Below, in pieces: positions 43,781-56,749 of a stretch of DNA of 64,000 bases. Each line of letters begins with the position of its first letter. Within the stretch, counting starts at the first letter, position 1. A program made the translations under genes and the position numbers. Location: NCBI GenBank assembly GCA_002269645.1, contig NIVC01000604.1:331128-395127 (forward strand), written 5' to 3'. Below the pieces are notes generated by a model. It was not told the DNA's origin and did no database searches. It saw nothing but the letters and a program-made list of their open reading frames with translations. The stretch comes from Macrostomum lignano. Lineage: Eukaryota.

Positions 43781-44924
43781 GGCGGCTTCGTGGTTAGAGA
43801 GAGAGAGAAGAGAAGAGAGTCGAGCTCAGGTTCGGGTCTGGAGGCGCTGGCACCCACAGGTCTCAGTCTCTGTCTGTCTGTCTCTCAAGGTGGCTCTCGG
43901 CGGGCCCTGATTTTAATTGACACCACGGCCAAAGAGTTTGACGCCAACCCCAAAAAGGCCGCCGCAACCCGCACCCAACCCCAACCCCTTAGCCGCTCCT
44001 GCTGGCGTTGCCTGGGGTGGAGCTGGGTTGGGGGCCTCGGAGACCTGCTCCGAGCATCATTGGCTGCTTGCGAACCAATGGGCTGCCGTCCCCCTCTCTC
44101 TCTGCTCTCTCCATTAAGCCCCGGCGGATATGTGCGGCTGGGTGTTAATTAACAAAACTTTTACAAACGCTTAACATGCATGTCTACACCGCTACTGCTG
44201 GGCAATGCGAATCCCCCTCCCTCATCGCCCAGCCTCTCCGCTTGCGCAATCCGAGTCGGTCCGGGCTATCAGGGGGGATTTTTTAGTGTTTTCTCCCCGA
44301 GAATTGGAGCAAAACAATTGTGTGCCCCCGGGGCCCGCCGAGGGAGAGTCGCAGATGGAGCGAAGGAGAATCTGGGAGAGTCTGGGAGCGGGCAACAACA
44401 AAGAGGTCGCGCCACTTATTATTATTATAACTGGGACCCCCGGTAACTGTTCGGGTGAAAGTTTGCCGGGGCCACTCAATGTTGCAAACAGCCAGCCGGG
44501 ACACCCGCAGGCGCCTTCGCCATCAACCTCGGGGGCCACTCAGCGCCGCAGCAGCCAAGGGCTTGGCGGGCCTCTCTGCCAGCTCTCCAGCTGTGTTGCT
44601 AGGTCGGGTCCTGGGGCAATTGGCAGGACCATGCAGCAGTCCTTTTGGGGTTCAAGAGGACTTTCCAATTCTTTGGGGCCAAATCTGACAATTATGAGAG
44701 CAACAGATGAGAGATGAATAGCGGAGGTGCAGCGCCCAGGTGTCTTTTTTGAGGCAGTTTCAGCCAAACTCTTTGAATCCGACTCCCCTTCTACTTCAAT
44801 TTTAATTTCTCAGCCATGCCTCTCCTGTCTTCTCACTCTGCGGCTCCTCTTTGCCACTTCTCACTCCGGTCTCTGCTTATCTTCGTGCTTCTCCACGTGC
44901 CTCATAGTTCTTCCTCTCTCCCCC

Positions 44925-46045
44925 ATGTCTGCCTTCCCCTCCCCCCTCTCTCTCTCATGTCTGCCTTCCCCTCCCCCCTCTCTCCCTCATGTCTGCCTTC
45001 CCCTCCCCCTCTCTCCCTCATGTCTGCCTTCCCCTCCCCCTCTCTCCCTCATGTCTGCCTTCCCCTCCCCCCCTCTCCCTCATATCTGCCTTCCCCTCTC
45101 CCCCTCTCTCCCTCATGTCTGCCTTCCCCTCCCCCCTCTCTCCCTCATGTCTGCCTTCCCCTCCCCCCTCTCTCCCTCATGTCTGCCTTCCCCTCCCCCC
45201 TCTCTCCCTCATATCTGCATTCCTCTCCCCCCTCTCTCCCTCATATCTGCATTCCTCTCCCCCTCTCTCCCTCATATCTGCCTTCCCCTCTCCCCCTCTC
45301 TCCCTCATATCTGCCTTCCCCTCTCCCCCTCTCTCCCTCATCTCTGCCTTCCCCTCTCCCCCTCTCTCCTCATCTCTGCCTTCCCCTCCCCCCTCTCTCC
45401 CTCATATCTGCCTTCCCCTCTCCCCCTCTCTCCCTCATATCTGCCTTCCCCTCTCCCCCTCTCTCCCTCATGTCTGCCTTCCCCTCCCCCTCTCTCCCTC
45501 ATGTCTGCCTTCCCCTCCCCCTCTCTCCCTCATGTCTGCCTTCCCCTCCCCCTCTCTCCCTCATGTCTGCCTTCCCCTTCCCCCTCTCTCCCTCATATCT
45601 GCCTTCCCCTCTCCCCCTCTCTCCCTCATGTCTGCATTCCTCTCCCCCCTCTCCCCCTCATATCTGCCTTCCCTCTCCCCCTCTCTCCCTCATATCTGCC
45701 TTCCCCTCTCCCCCTCTCTCCCTCATCTCTGCCTTCCCCTCTCCCCTCTCTCCCTCATCTCTGCCTTCCCCTCTCCCCTCTCTCCCTCATATCTGCATTC
45801 CCCTCTCCCCCTCTCTCCCTCATGTCTGCCTTCCCCTCCCCCCTCTCTCCCTCATGTCTGCCTTCCCCTCTCCCTCTCTCCCTCATCTCTGCCTTCCCCT
45901 CCCCCCTCTCTCCCTCATCTCTGCCTTCCCCTCTCCCCCTCTCTCCCTCATATCTGCATTCCCCTCATATCTGCCTTCCCCTCCCTCCCTCTCTCCCTCA
46001 TCTCTGCCTTCCCCTCTCCCTCTCTCCCTCATCTCTGTCCATCTC
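44925..46045. repeat. CT-rich ~30-bp minisatellite upstream of tailless
   Basis: Unit CTCTCCCTCATGTCTGCCTTCCCCTCCCCC, strongly pyrimidine-biased on the + strand. Confidence 0.95.
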
Positions 46046-46543
46046 TCCCCTTTCGTCTCTATCCCATATCTATTTCTTTGTCCGTTAATTATCATTTAAT
46101 TTTTTTCTTTTTCTTCAAGTGCTTCCATCCTTAGTTTCCCCTAACGAGCAGCCTACCCATTAGTTGAACTTGCATAAACAAAGCAGGACTGTTTTAAGCA
46201 GCAGTTTAAAAACTGAAGAGCTGAACTATTAACCTGTAGATGGCGCTTGCCGATGCTATCCAGCCACTGTGTTGCGTCAGCTAGCATTGTTAACAGGCGG
46301 CATAGCAACCGCATGGAAACGCGCTATATTCGCACACACACATGGCAATGGGTGCAGTGACAGCCGTGCATCCGCAGGAGGCAGACTGTTCAGCCCCATA
46401 TTTCGCCGCCCTCAAACTTACCTGACAGACATGCGGAGTCGCGCACATTTCATTCCTGTTCGGACGCAATCAGAGCATTGTCTCCGAGCGCCTCAGAGGC
46501 CCTGACCACTCATTGTCAACAACTGCCTGCCCCCACCCAACAG

Positions 46544-46560
46544 CTGTCAATCATAAATCA
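46544..46560 (-). promoter_or_regulatory. Composite PBX-HOX / PBX-MEIS(PREP) site
   Basis: The minus strand reads TGATTTATGATTGACAG, i.e. TGATTTAT overlapping TGATTGACAG, about 2.8 kb upstream of the tailless ATG. Confidence 0.4.
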
Positions 46561-46774
46561 TACTGCAGGGCTGCAAACAATTAGAAAGTTGAAAGGGAAA
46601 GGTGATTTAGTGGCCTGCCTGCCATGACCTTCGTGTCATCAGAGGATGTGCGACTTGTGATCACGTGTCGACAGTAGCAGTCAAGTAAAGATCTCATTTC
46701 CTGCCTGCCTCATGAAAAAATTATGAATTTGTGATTAAACATTGCTGATCCCCGACCGAAACACTCAGTCACAG

Positions 46775-46925
46775 ATCTCTGAACTCCTCAGTCACAGATC
46801 TCTGAAATCCTCAGTCACAGATCTCTGAAATCCTCAGTCACAGATCTCTGAAATCCTCAGTCACAGATCTCTGATGACCTCAGTCAAAGATCTCTCAAAT
46901 CTCCAGTCACAGATCTCTGAAGACT
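46775..46925. repeat. 23-bp minisatellite
   Basis: Unit CAGATCTCTGAAATCCTCAGTCA. Confidence 0.9.
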
Positions 46926-47814
46926 CTGAGAACACTCCAAAATCATCATTGAATTTCATAGAAAATCCCTTCTGATCAGGAAAATGAGTTTGATTTTTTA
47001 AATTTTAACCCTCATGAAAATTTTAATCTCCGATGAGCCATGAAGGTGAAAAAAACCCCTGCTTAATCCTTTGTTTTATCCTCCCATGCACAGGGATCGC
47101 ATGCGGGATTGGGGATGAGTGAGACCTGCTGGGATTCCGAGAACTCCATCCAAATCCCATTTATGACAATGCGAAACAATGAACAATTTTTTCAAGACCT
47201 CACAGCTGAGACGAAAATGTCATTTCCCTGTCAAATCAAGTGGCAAATTTCTGCCCAAGGATAAATATGGGCCCTGCATGCGCCTCGCTGTGATCAGAAA
47301 CCGCAAACATCACCTCGGCAACCAACTCTGTTTACTCAAGCGGTTGAGCAGGACTCAGACAGATCCCCTTCGCGAGCCCCCATTCCCCTTTCCCGAAGAA
47401 TCCCAAATTAAAAACAGTGCCCGTCTGGGTGGTCTGATCCCAATTTCTGCCACTTGCTCGGCAAACATCGCGGCTGCCGTTGGTCATTCAACACATTTGG
47501 GGCCGAGTCGAAGTCTTTGTTTTGCGACAACTCTTTGTGTGTGCGGTCGACCTGCCGGGCGTCACGTGTGAGAAGTTAATGGCCTGAATAGGCTGCCCCG
47601 TTGGGTTGCTCAGCGGCAAGATTTGAACAAAGATTAGCGACTTAAAATGGTCGTTAATAACATGAGCAAAGAGATTTCACTCTGCCACTTGTTTGGATTT
47701 TCACAGCTCAACAGCTGACAGACACTCCGCGGGCTGCAGTTGGCAACAGTGTTCTTGGGGACAAGTCTCCGACTGAGGATTAAAGTAACCAGGGGGGAGT
47801 ACAGGAATTCCTAG

Positions 47815-48020
47815 GGCGGTCAGATCCCAGAATAGCACCGTCAGATCCGAGAATGGCACCGTCAGATCCCAGAATAGCACCGTCAGATCCGAGAATGGCA
47901 CCGTCAGATCCCAGAATAGCACCGTCAGATCCGAGAATGGCACCGTTAGATCCGAGAATGACACCGTCAGATCCGAGAATGGCACCGTCAGATCCGAGAA
48001 TGGCACCGTCGGATCCGAGA
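47815..48020. repeat. 21-bp minisatellite
   Basis: Unit CAGATCCGAGAATGGCACCGT. Confidence 0.9.
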
Positions 48021-49289
48021 ACACCCGAATGTCAAGAAAGCGGCAGGAAGGACTGTCTGACAAATGCCCCAGAGACCATAAAAGGTATTAATTGTCTTGT
48101 CGTTCGTGATGTACAAAGTAACAATTTTCTGATCGAGAATTCCTTCATGTCCGCCTGAACAGTATTGAAAATATGCGGCCAGATATTCAGAGGAAATCAC
48201 GGACAGAGGAGACCCAGCATGCGCCATAGAAATCAGCCTAGGAACTCGCCACTTCGAGTCCTATAGCAGTGATTGCTTCCAAGCACGGAAGAGGACAGGA
48301 GCAAAAGAAAGCAGAGATGTTGCGCACGCACTACAGCTCTGAGGTCATTATTCCCAACCCAGACGGAGGCGTGCTTACATATAATTATCAGAAGCCAGAA
48401 CTCATCACTCTCTCTTAGTTTCCAGCGTAAATATTAACTCACCCGATGGGGTGTTTCCTAGAAAGAGTGCGTGGGGATGGGAGGCCCCCCTGCGGGAGGG
48501 AGGTGACGTTGGGCGAGAGTTAAATAGAAAGATTTGTGCTGAGCGAGCAAAAGGTTATTATAATAATGGCTTGACTGCGATTGAAGGTGAGTGGGGGCGG
48601 GCGGTAGATGAGGGGGGGAGAGACTCGATCGAGAGGGGGGGCGGAGTCGGTAAATGATGTTTAACTTGGCTGGCAACTAAGGTTTACAATATATTGGAGC
48701 ACAATGGCGAGAGGGCGAGTTCGGTGTTGGCCCCATTGTGCTTGCGGCGCGTGACAATCACAGATGGGGGAAAGTCGGGCAGGCAGAAAACTTGCTTTGG
48801 CTCTTTATGCCTTGAGGAAAATTGGATAATTTTCGGAATTGCGGCCTATAGTTTTGCTTTTTTGTTGTTTCCATGATTTTCTCAGCAATTATGCACCGAA
48901 AGTTCAGCATTGCATTTTGATTTCTAACAAAAAATATCGTTTCATTCATTAATTGGGAGCGCAGATTAGGTGCGAATAGAATTAGCTAATTTATTGCTAA
49001 CTGCAGGTCAAATGAAATATGGGAATTTAATATGCGCTGAGTTTTTACTGCCGGTTTTTTCCGCCTTGCCAACCATTTTTGTGAGTCGGATTGCTCATCT
49101 GAGCCTTTTATTTCATATTGGGTTCGAGACTAAACAGGTTCAGTCAATTCCGAGTGTCTATCAGCTGTCTGTCAGTTGTCTGTCAGTTGTCTGTCAGCTG
49201 TTTTCCTGTCATTTTTAGCATATTGGATTGTCGATCTGTGTCTGACAGGTTCCTGACAGCTCTGAACATGCTTCTGTGAAGTCCTGTCC

Positions 49290-50185
49290 CCTTCGAATAG
49301 CTTCCTGACAGCTCCTGACATCTCCGATCTTGTTCCTGACAGCTCCTGACATCTCCGATCTTGTTCCTGACAGCTCCTGACATCTCCGATCTTGTTCCTG
49401 ACAGCTCCTGACATCTCCGATCTTGTTCCTGACAGCTCCTGACATCTCCGATCTTGTTCCTGACAGCTCCTGACATCTCCGATCTTGCTCCTGACAGCTC
49501 CTGACATCTCCGATCTTGTTCCTGACAGCTCCTGACATCTCCGATCTTGTTCCTGACAGCTCCTGACATCTCCGATTCGGTTCCTGACAGCTCTTGACAG
49601 TTCCAGTCTGGTTCCTGACAGCCCTAATCTGGTTCCTGACAGCCCTGATCTGGTTCCTGACAGCCCTGATCTGGTTCCTGACAGCCCTGATCTGGTTCCT
49701 GACAGCCCTGATCTGGTTCCTGACAGCCCTGATCTGGTTCCTGACAGCCCTGATCTGGTTCCTGACAGCCCTGATCTGGTTCCTGACAGCCCTGATCTGG
49801 TTCCTGACAGCTCTGATCTGGTTCCTGACAGCTCTGATCTGGTTCCTGACAGCTCTGATCTGGTTCCTGACAGCCCTGATCTGGTTCCTGACAGCAGCTC
49901 TGATCTGGTTCCTGATCCTGACAGCTCTGATCTGGTTCCTGACAGCTCTGATCTGGTTCCTGACAGCCCTGATCTGGTTCCTGACAGCCCTGATCTGGTT
50001 CCTGACAGCTCTGATTTGGTTCCTCCTGACAGCCCTGATCTGGTTCCTGACAGCCCTGATCTGGTTCCTGACAGCCCTGATCTGGTTCCTGACAGCCCTG
50101 ATCTGGTTCCTGACAGCTCTGATCTGGTTCCTGATCCTGACAGCTCTGATCTGGTTCCTGACAGCTCTGATTTGGTTCCTGACAT
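49290..50185. repeat. Compound minisatellite (31-bp then 21-bp units)
   Basis: TCCTGACAGCTCCTGACATCTCCGATCTTGT units followed by CCTGATCTGGTTCCTGACAGC units. Confidence 0.95.
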
Positions 50186-51218
50186 CTTTCGGACACTTTC
50201 TGACCGTTAATAGTAGCTCTTGAAGCTCCTGACAATGTGCCAGAAAAGGTTGCTCCTTTCAATACCCACACTAACACGTATTCTTAGAAACCCATTTCTT
50301 AGTTTATGAAGTTGAGAGTTGTGGCAGTCAAGCAATCAAGCAGTTCATTACGCAGAACTGTAGCGCAGCTGGCGCTGACTGCAACCAACTGTCTATGGCC
50401 CGAACCGCTCTCTCTAGGCTGGACTGAGGAGGGAGGAGGTCGAAGGTCGAGGGCGCTACGATGGCGCAATGTCCTCATCAGGGAAGGGGATCTAGTCAGC
50501 CAGCCAAGAGTGAAGACCGACCCCCCAGTCAGCCTGAGGGTCCCCGTTCCCAATTTTTAGTCACCAAGGCGATGGATAGGAGGCCTTTTTGGGCGGAGGT
50601 TCGAATGTTCGAATATCAGCTTGTTTGGCCTGTTATCATCGAATCTAGCCCCCCCCTCTAAGCCGGGCCCACAGGACAAAAAAATAACAGAATTCCTCAA
50701 GCGGGGGTTGAGCATAGCAGGGGAGAGCAACCACTTGAAGAGGTGGCGGGCTGCGCACAAAGGCAAAAGACTCGGCACACAAAACAGGCTTTTTTGTCAA
50801 GAGGCCGGATGATACGAGGGATGATGAGGGGGTCCTGATCTGCATCATTTAGCCGTTTCGCCTTCGGGGCAAATCCGCAAGAACGGACAGACGGACAGAC
50901 GGAGATGATTGACGGGATATTATATAGGACTCGAGCCCGGGGCAACACATGGCGCCTCGTGCCCCTCGCTAGTCGAATATCGACATGCGCCTCACAAGTA
51001 ATTTTTTCACCGCCACAACAGCCGAGACTCTTTTTGTACATTTCCCTATTGTTGAATTGGGATTTGTATGGATGCAACAGCTTGCCAATTAATTGTCAAT
51101 GTAAGAGATGCTGTAACGATTATGATTTATCATTGATGCTTAAAAAGCAAAGGTTTTAATTTAAAGTGACTTCCTGTACTGTACGATTAAAAACGTTAGT
51201 TGTATCCTTGGTAAGTAA

Positions 51219-51289
51219 GCATCGGTGGTTCAGTGGTAGAATGCTCGCCTGCCACGCGGGCGGCCCGGGTTCGATTCCCGGCCGATGCA
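51219..51289 (+). tRNA. tRNA-Gly (GCC)
   Basis: GCATCGGTGGTTCAGTGGTAGAATGCTCGCCTGCCACGCGGGCGGCCCGGGTTCGATTCCCGGCCGATGCA: paired acceptor stem, GCC anticodon loop, A and B boxes, followed by a T6 Pol III terminator. Confidence 0.97.
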
Positions 51290-53959
51290 ACTTTTTTATG
51301 CAGGAATTTCGATTAAACAGTTTTTATTTATTTAAAATTTGATTAGTTAATTCGAAAACTCTCTAATCCAAAAAACAAAAACAAAACTCTTGTTTTACAA
51401 TGGTGGAATCGCTTGAATTTTCTTGATGTGTAGGTATAAATCTACATGATCATGGTCATGATGCATGATCGACGATAAACACAAACACGGTGCGGTGCGA
51501 TCTTGGTCTTGATCAAAACTCAAAAGGTATGCAAATTGCAATTTCAATTTGCATGATATAGAAATGAATTTAACTATAAAAATTTTTTGGATGGTTGGCT
51601 TTGCTTGCTAGCTGGCTACTGCTACTATCAATTTAGTATTAGATTTAGTTAACAAGGCAAAGAAAGCAAAGCACTAGGTATTTGCATCTGTGATTTGTTA
51701 AAACTTGCGCAATATTCATTAAAATTACTAGAAATATCCAATGTTACATGTAGTATTTAATAGCTTGCACTGCAATCAATCAAAATCATTCGAAAATTAT
51801 TCTTAAATAAGTGTTTTAACTGATTCTTCACTGAGACAAATAATTCATATTAGCCATCTCTATAAACTCGTCCTTTTTTAATCCCCGACTGTTGATAGTA
51901 CGAAAAACGATTTACACAACATATCGGACACAACAAAAACTGCACAATTCAGCAATAACTAGATAAATCTTGATTTTCTCTCTTATTTTTAACAAGCTAA
52001 GTATGAGCTGCCTGGCCTGCTGTTACACTGAAGCTCTACAGTTGTGGTTAGGGGCCATTAGCTGCGCTCCGCCGTCGGACCTCGGGTCTCCTATTACACG
52101 CCTCCGAAATTCACATTTTAATAAATACAAGCTATCAGGCCATGGCTTGTTGTCAGCCAACCCAGCTCAAATGCAGACACATGAGAGGCGGGCTGGCCAG
52201 GCAGAGGGGGGTCGCCCTTGACGCGTGGCGTCTCTTGACTCGACTGTCTCTGCTGGCCGGGGGTGGCCCGCTCTCACGCTGGGAGAGGCAGCTCCGCAGC
52301 CCAGTGCTCGGACACAGGCCAGACACGCCAACAGTGAAGGGCCGCCGCAAGCTCTGCGGAGATATTTAGTAAGAAATGCGACTTAGTTATTATTTGACGC
52401 CGGGGTCAAATTTCCCGCCGCTTGATCCCCCCGTGCCGAATGGAGGGGCCGAGGGCGGTCTTGATTGAGCCCCGAGATTCAGCAGCCCCGCGCGCTCCGT
52501 GCCAGCGGGGGTTCCGCCCCGAACTCAACTCTCTGCATGCTCAGCAATATAGTCGCGATTTTGAGTGGGAGATGACGGTGAGAGTTAAAGAGAGAGGCGG
52601 AGTGGAGGGGCCGCCATTAATTAGCGCCCGTGGGGCTTCCGCGGTTGGCGGGGCCTCAGATTTTGTTACAGAGCCGAGCAGGAGCTCAACTCAGGCCAAA
52701 AGGTGCCCCCCGTACAATGGAGAGGGCCGGCCCTCCAGCCCAGCTGTTGTCCGAATCAGGCAGAAGCGGCCTCTCCTTCACTTGGCAACCCGGCATGGGG
52801 GAGGCGCGACCCCCACAGGGGGGTTTCGGTAGAGCGAGTCGAGTAGGGGCCCTGAGCAGTGGCGAAGGCACAAAGCCATGGGAAGAGAAGACTGGGAATC
52901 AGTTTAATAGGCACGCGCGTCTCGCCCTCTCGCGCCCGGTCGCTTGGTCCAGTTTTTAGATAAATTTATCGGAGCATGTTCTTATGCGGTCTACTCACAA
53001 TCAGTAGGAGAGTGCGCGCCTTTTCAATATTTATCATAGTTAAGATACTGCGCAGAATTATATAATAATTTGGCCAGCGTAGAAAGGAAGTTGTTTTATG
53101 ATTTTGCATATCGGCGAGTAATAAATTATGGAATTAATTTCGCATTTGTCGAAGCGTACAGGAAATGCCTCTGTGCCGAACGCAGGCAAAAAACAAAAAA
53201 ATCATCCAACCGTTTTCCTTTTATTAAATTTTCAATATTAGAAAGTTCGGTACATTTTTATCACTTTATCGAGCACGGAAATTATTCACTTTTTCCGTCC
53301 CATTTTTTTTCAGTCAGCCATCCAACTAACGGAGCAGACAACCTGCTGTTAAACTTCAGGATCCAACCTGGTGATGCTTTCACTGCACTTCTCTGTTTCA
53401 CCTCCTGGCAGTAGGAATTAGGCAGAGAAAACTTTTGTACGAAAATGCATTGCAAAGTACTTGTTGGCTTGCGCTGAGCGGCGCAATGGAAACACTGGAA
53501 AGTAGGGAAGAAGGGGAGAGGAGGAGGAGGCTAAAGGATCAATACAAGAATAATGACTGTACAGCCCGTATAGCCGTGGGGATCGAAGTTGTGTTTGTGG
53601 AGGCAGCGAGTAGTACAGTTTAGGGGATCATAATTGCGGAGGGGAGAAATTTAGCGGAGATTTGGGGAGGTGCGCAGAACCAGATCCCAATTGCTGCACT
53701 AGACGGGAATGGAAACGAAGAAGGTCGGCCGGCTGGTTGCTGGGGCATGGGTGCAGAGCTTGGACAGGCCTTGCTTGGTGGCGAAAGTCTGACGAACTGC
53801 ATCTAATCCGCTGCAAATGCCCCCAGAATCCGTCTTTTGTCTGTATTTCAGCGTACATTGCTGCGCTGCCCCATACTGGCATTTCAAAATAGCGACTGCG
53901 TGCCTCTGTGTGCTGCTGCGATAATATTTGCCCAGTGGGCGGAATGGTGAATCGTCTAC

Positions 53960-54665
53960 AGATGCTTCTGTGTTCATTTTGTTCATGCTATCTGTGTTAA
54001 TGCTATCTGTATTCATTTTGTTCATGCTATCTCTGTTCATGCTTTCTGTGTTCATGCTATCTGTGTTCATGCTTTCTGTGTTCATGCTATCTGTGTTCAT
54101 GCTTTCTGTGTTCATGCTTTCTGTGTTCATGCTATCGCTGTTCAAGCTATATGTGTTCATGCTATCTGTGTTCATGCTATCTGTGTTCATGCTTTCTGTG
54201 TTCATGCTTTCTGTGTTCATGCTATCTCTGTTCATGTTATCTGTGTTCATGCTATCTGTGTTCATGCTATCTGTGTTCATGCTATCTATGTTCATGCTAT
54301 CTGTGTTCATGCTTTATGTGTTCATGCTCTCTGTGTTCATGCTTTATGTGTTCATGATTTCTGTGTTCATGCTATCTCTGTTCAAGCTATATGTGTTCAT
54401 GCTATCTGTGTTTCCGTATTCATTTTGTTCATGCTATCTCTGTTCATGCTTTCTGTGTTCATGGTATCTCTGTTCATGCTTTCTGTGTTCCTGCTGTCTG
54501 TGTTCATGCTTTCTGTGTTCATGCTATCTGTGTTCATGCTATCTCTGTTCATGCTGTCTCTGTTCATGCTTTCTCTGTTCATGCTTTCTCTGTTCATGCT
54601 ATCTGTGTTCATACTTTCTGTGTTCATGCTTTCTCTGTTCATGCTTTCTCTGTTCATGCTTTCTC
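53960..54665. repeat. 15-bp minisatellite
   Basis: Unit CTGTGTTCATGCTAT. Confidence 0.95.
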
Positions 54666-55284
54666 TCTACATATATTCTCTATTGATGCTCTGGTAACTC
54701 TACCCCTTAGTGTGTAATTGATAGCCATGCATGTAAACAATAATTACGCAAAAATTCACCCCCTCCCCTCAAGAAATCAGACTACATATAAAAAGCAAAT
54801 CTGACAGTGTCAGAGACCGCACGGCAGTGCCGCGAACTCCCTGCATGGCAACCAACACAGCCACACGCTCCATAGGCATTGCACTAAAAGTTCATCTCCC
54901 CCCTCCCCCCTAAGACGCGACCCCGCATTCTTAATTCTGTATGCAGCTCAATGCTCAATGCTCAGTTTAGTGTGAGAAATCAGCTCAGCTTGGGTTAGTA
55001 GAAATGCACAGTACGCATGACTTCGCAGCGGTCCAGTGCCGCAGCTGCACTTAATTACTGTAAGAGTATGCAGCTGCCGTGCTGCTACCGACCTCTGTTG
55101 AGGGGACTGGCATGCTCCTGTCACTCATTTTCTGTCTGACAATAATGGCAGGCATTGCCAGAACATTTTTTTAATAAGTTCTGCAGAATATAACTGGTAG
55201 GTTTAAGTCGCTTGGTATGGGACCATCTTATTTTGTCTTCTAATATCGCCCAGAATTCCCTCTACTCACTAGACGGATAGAGCA

Positions 55285-55785
55285 TAGCTGAATAATCTCA
55301 CCCTTCAGAGCATAGCTGGATAATCTCACCTTTCCTGATCTAGCTGGATAATCTCACCCTTCTTAATCTAGCTGGACAATCTTACCCTTCCTGATCTAGC
55401 TGGATAATCTCACCCTTCCTAATCTAGCTGGATAATCTCACCCTTCCTGATCTAGCTGGATAATCTCACCCTTCAGAGCATAGCTGGATAATCTCACCCT
55501 TCCTGATCTAGCTAGATAATTTCACCCTTCTTAATCTAGCTGGACAATCTTACCTTTCCTGATCTAGCTGGATAATCTCACCCTTCCTGATCTAGCTGGA
55601 TAATCTCACCCTTTCTAATCTAGCTGGATAATCTCACCCTTCAGAGCATATCTGGATAATTCCACCCTTCCTAATCTAGCTGAATAATCTCATCCTTCCT
55701 AATCTAGCTGGATAATCTCACCCTTCCTGATCTAGCTGGATAATCTCACCCTTCCTGATCCAGCTGGATAATCTCACCCTTCAGA
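55285..55785. repeat. 28-bp minisatellite
   Basis: Unit CTAGCTGGATAATCTCACCCTTCCTGAT. Confidence 0.95.
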
Positions 55786-56749
55786 ATTTGTGGGTGAGCA
55801 CAAACAGTGGAGTTCACCTATGAGTCAGCAATAAAAGTTGTACTTCTAAATATTTTGCCTATCTTTCCAAAACTATCATTGCTTTTGCTATCTAAGCTCT
55901 CAAGCATAAGAGATTCACTTTTGGACAAAAATTGTCAACAAGCTGTTTTTTGCTTTTGTTAGATAAAGTTATATCAGCAAACCACTCAAGTCAGACCCAC
56001 TTGACAGACACTATCGCGTATAGTTATCGCCAAAGAATACGTTTAGTTACAAGAATAAAAACATAAAATACCCTTAATGTAAACAGTTGGGGCATCAGTT
56101 ATCAATCAACTAGACATGGACAAAGTCATGACCGCGATGCAGAGAAATAGCTGTGTGTACCGAATCTAAAATGCAATTGCTCTACTTAGCAAAGCGCGGC
56201 GAAGTACATCTGATGCTAAAAAACTCTTAATTGGGGAAGCAGATATGACAGCGCAAGTTTCTCTTTCGAAGCAAGAGAAGTGTCACCTGTACATGCAAAT
56301 AAGTGGGTGCCATTGCCGAAAGCATTCTATGAGCACTTCTCAATCTGTGAAAGATCTTGGAAAGATCTGTGCTAAATTGGGCTAAAGGTTGGAATTATTC
56401 AGTTTTTGCTGACAGTTAGTCTGAAATAATGCTAAAATAGAAAAAACGGGTTTCTTCCTATTCAGTTTGAAACTTCAGAGGATGGGAGTGTAGGAAAAAT
56501 GACCAGTCTCGGTAATATTTAATGACGTCTGGTTAGGGTCACATTTTTACAGTTAATAAATTCACCTGAACCAATAAATACTGTAAAATGTAATGTAAAT
56601 ATAATGTAATATAATGTAAAATATGATTCCAAATACACTAATTTAATGAATAACATGCCCGTATTTACATCAAAATCAGCACTTTGATCGAGTGTCCTTT
56701 AAAAGGCAGGCACAAGGAGGCGCTGACAACACAGAGCAATTCCAGTAGG

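Noticed and set aside
44727-46134. Three overlapping 380-450 aa Pro/Ser/Leu ORFs
   Set aside because: A stop-poor CT-rich repeat open in all three frames.
49172-54717. Repetitive ORFs at 49.2-50.3 kb and 53.7-54.7 kb
   Set aside because: Translations of 15-, 21- and 31-bp tandem arrays.
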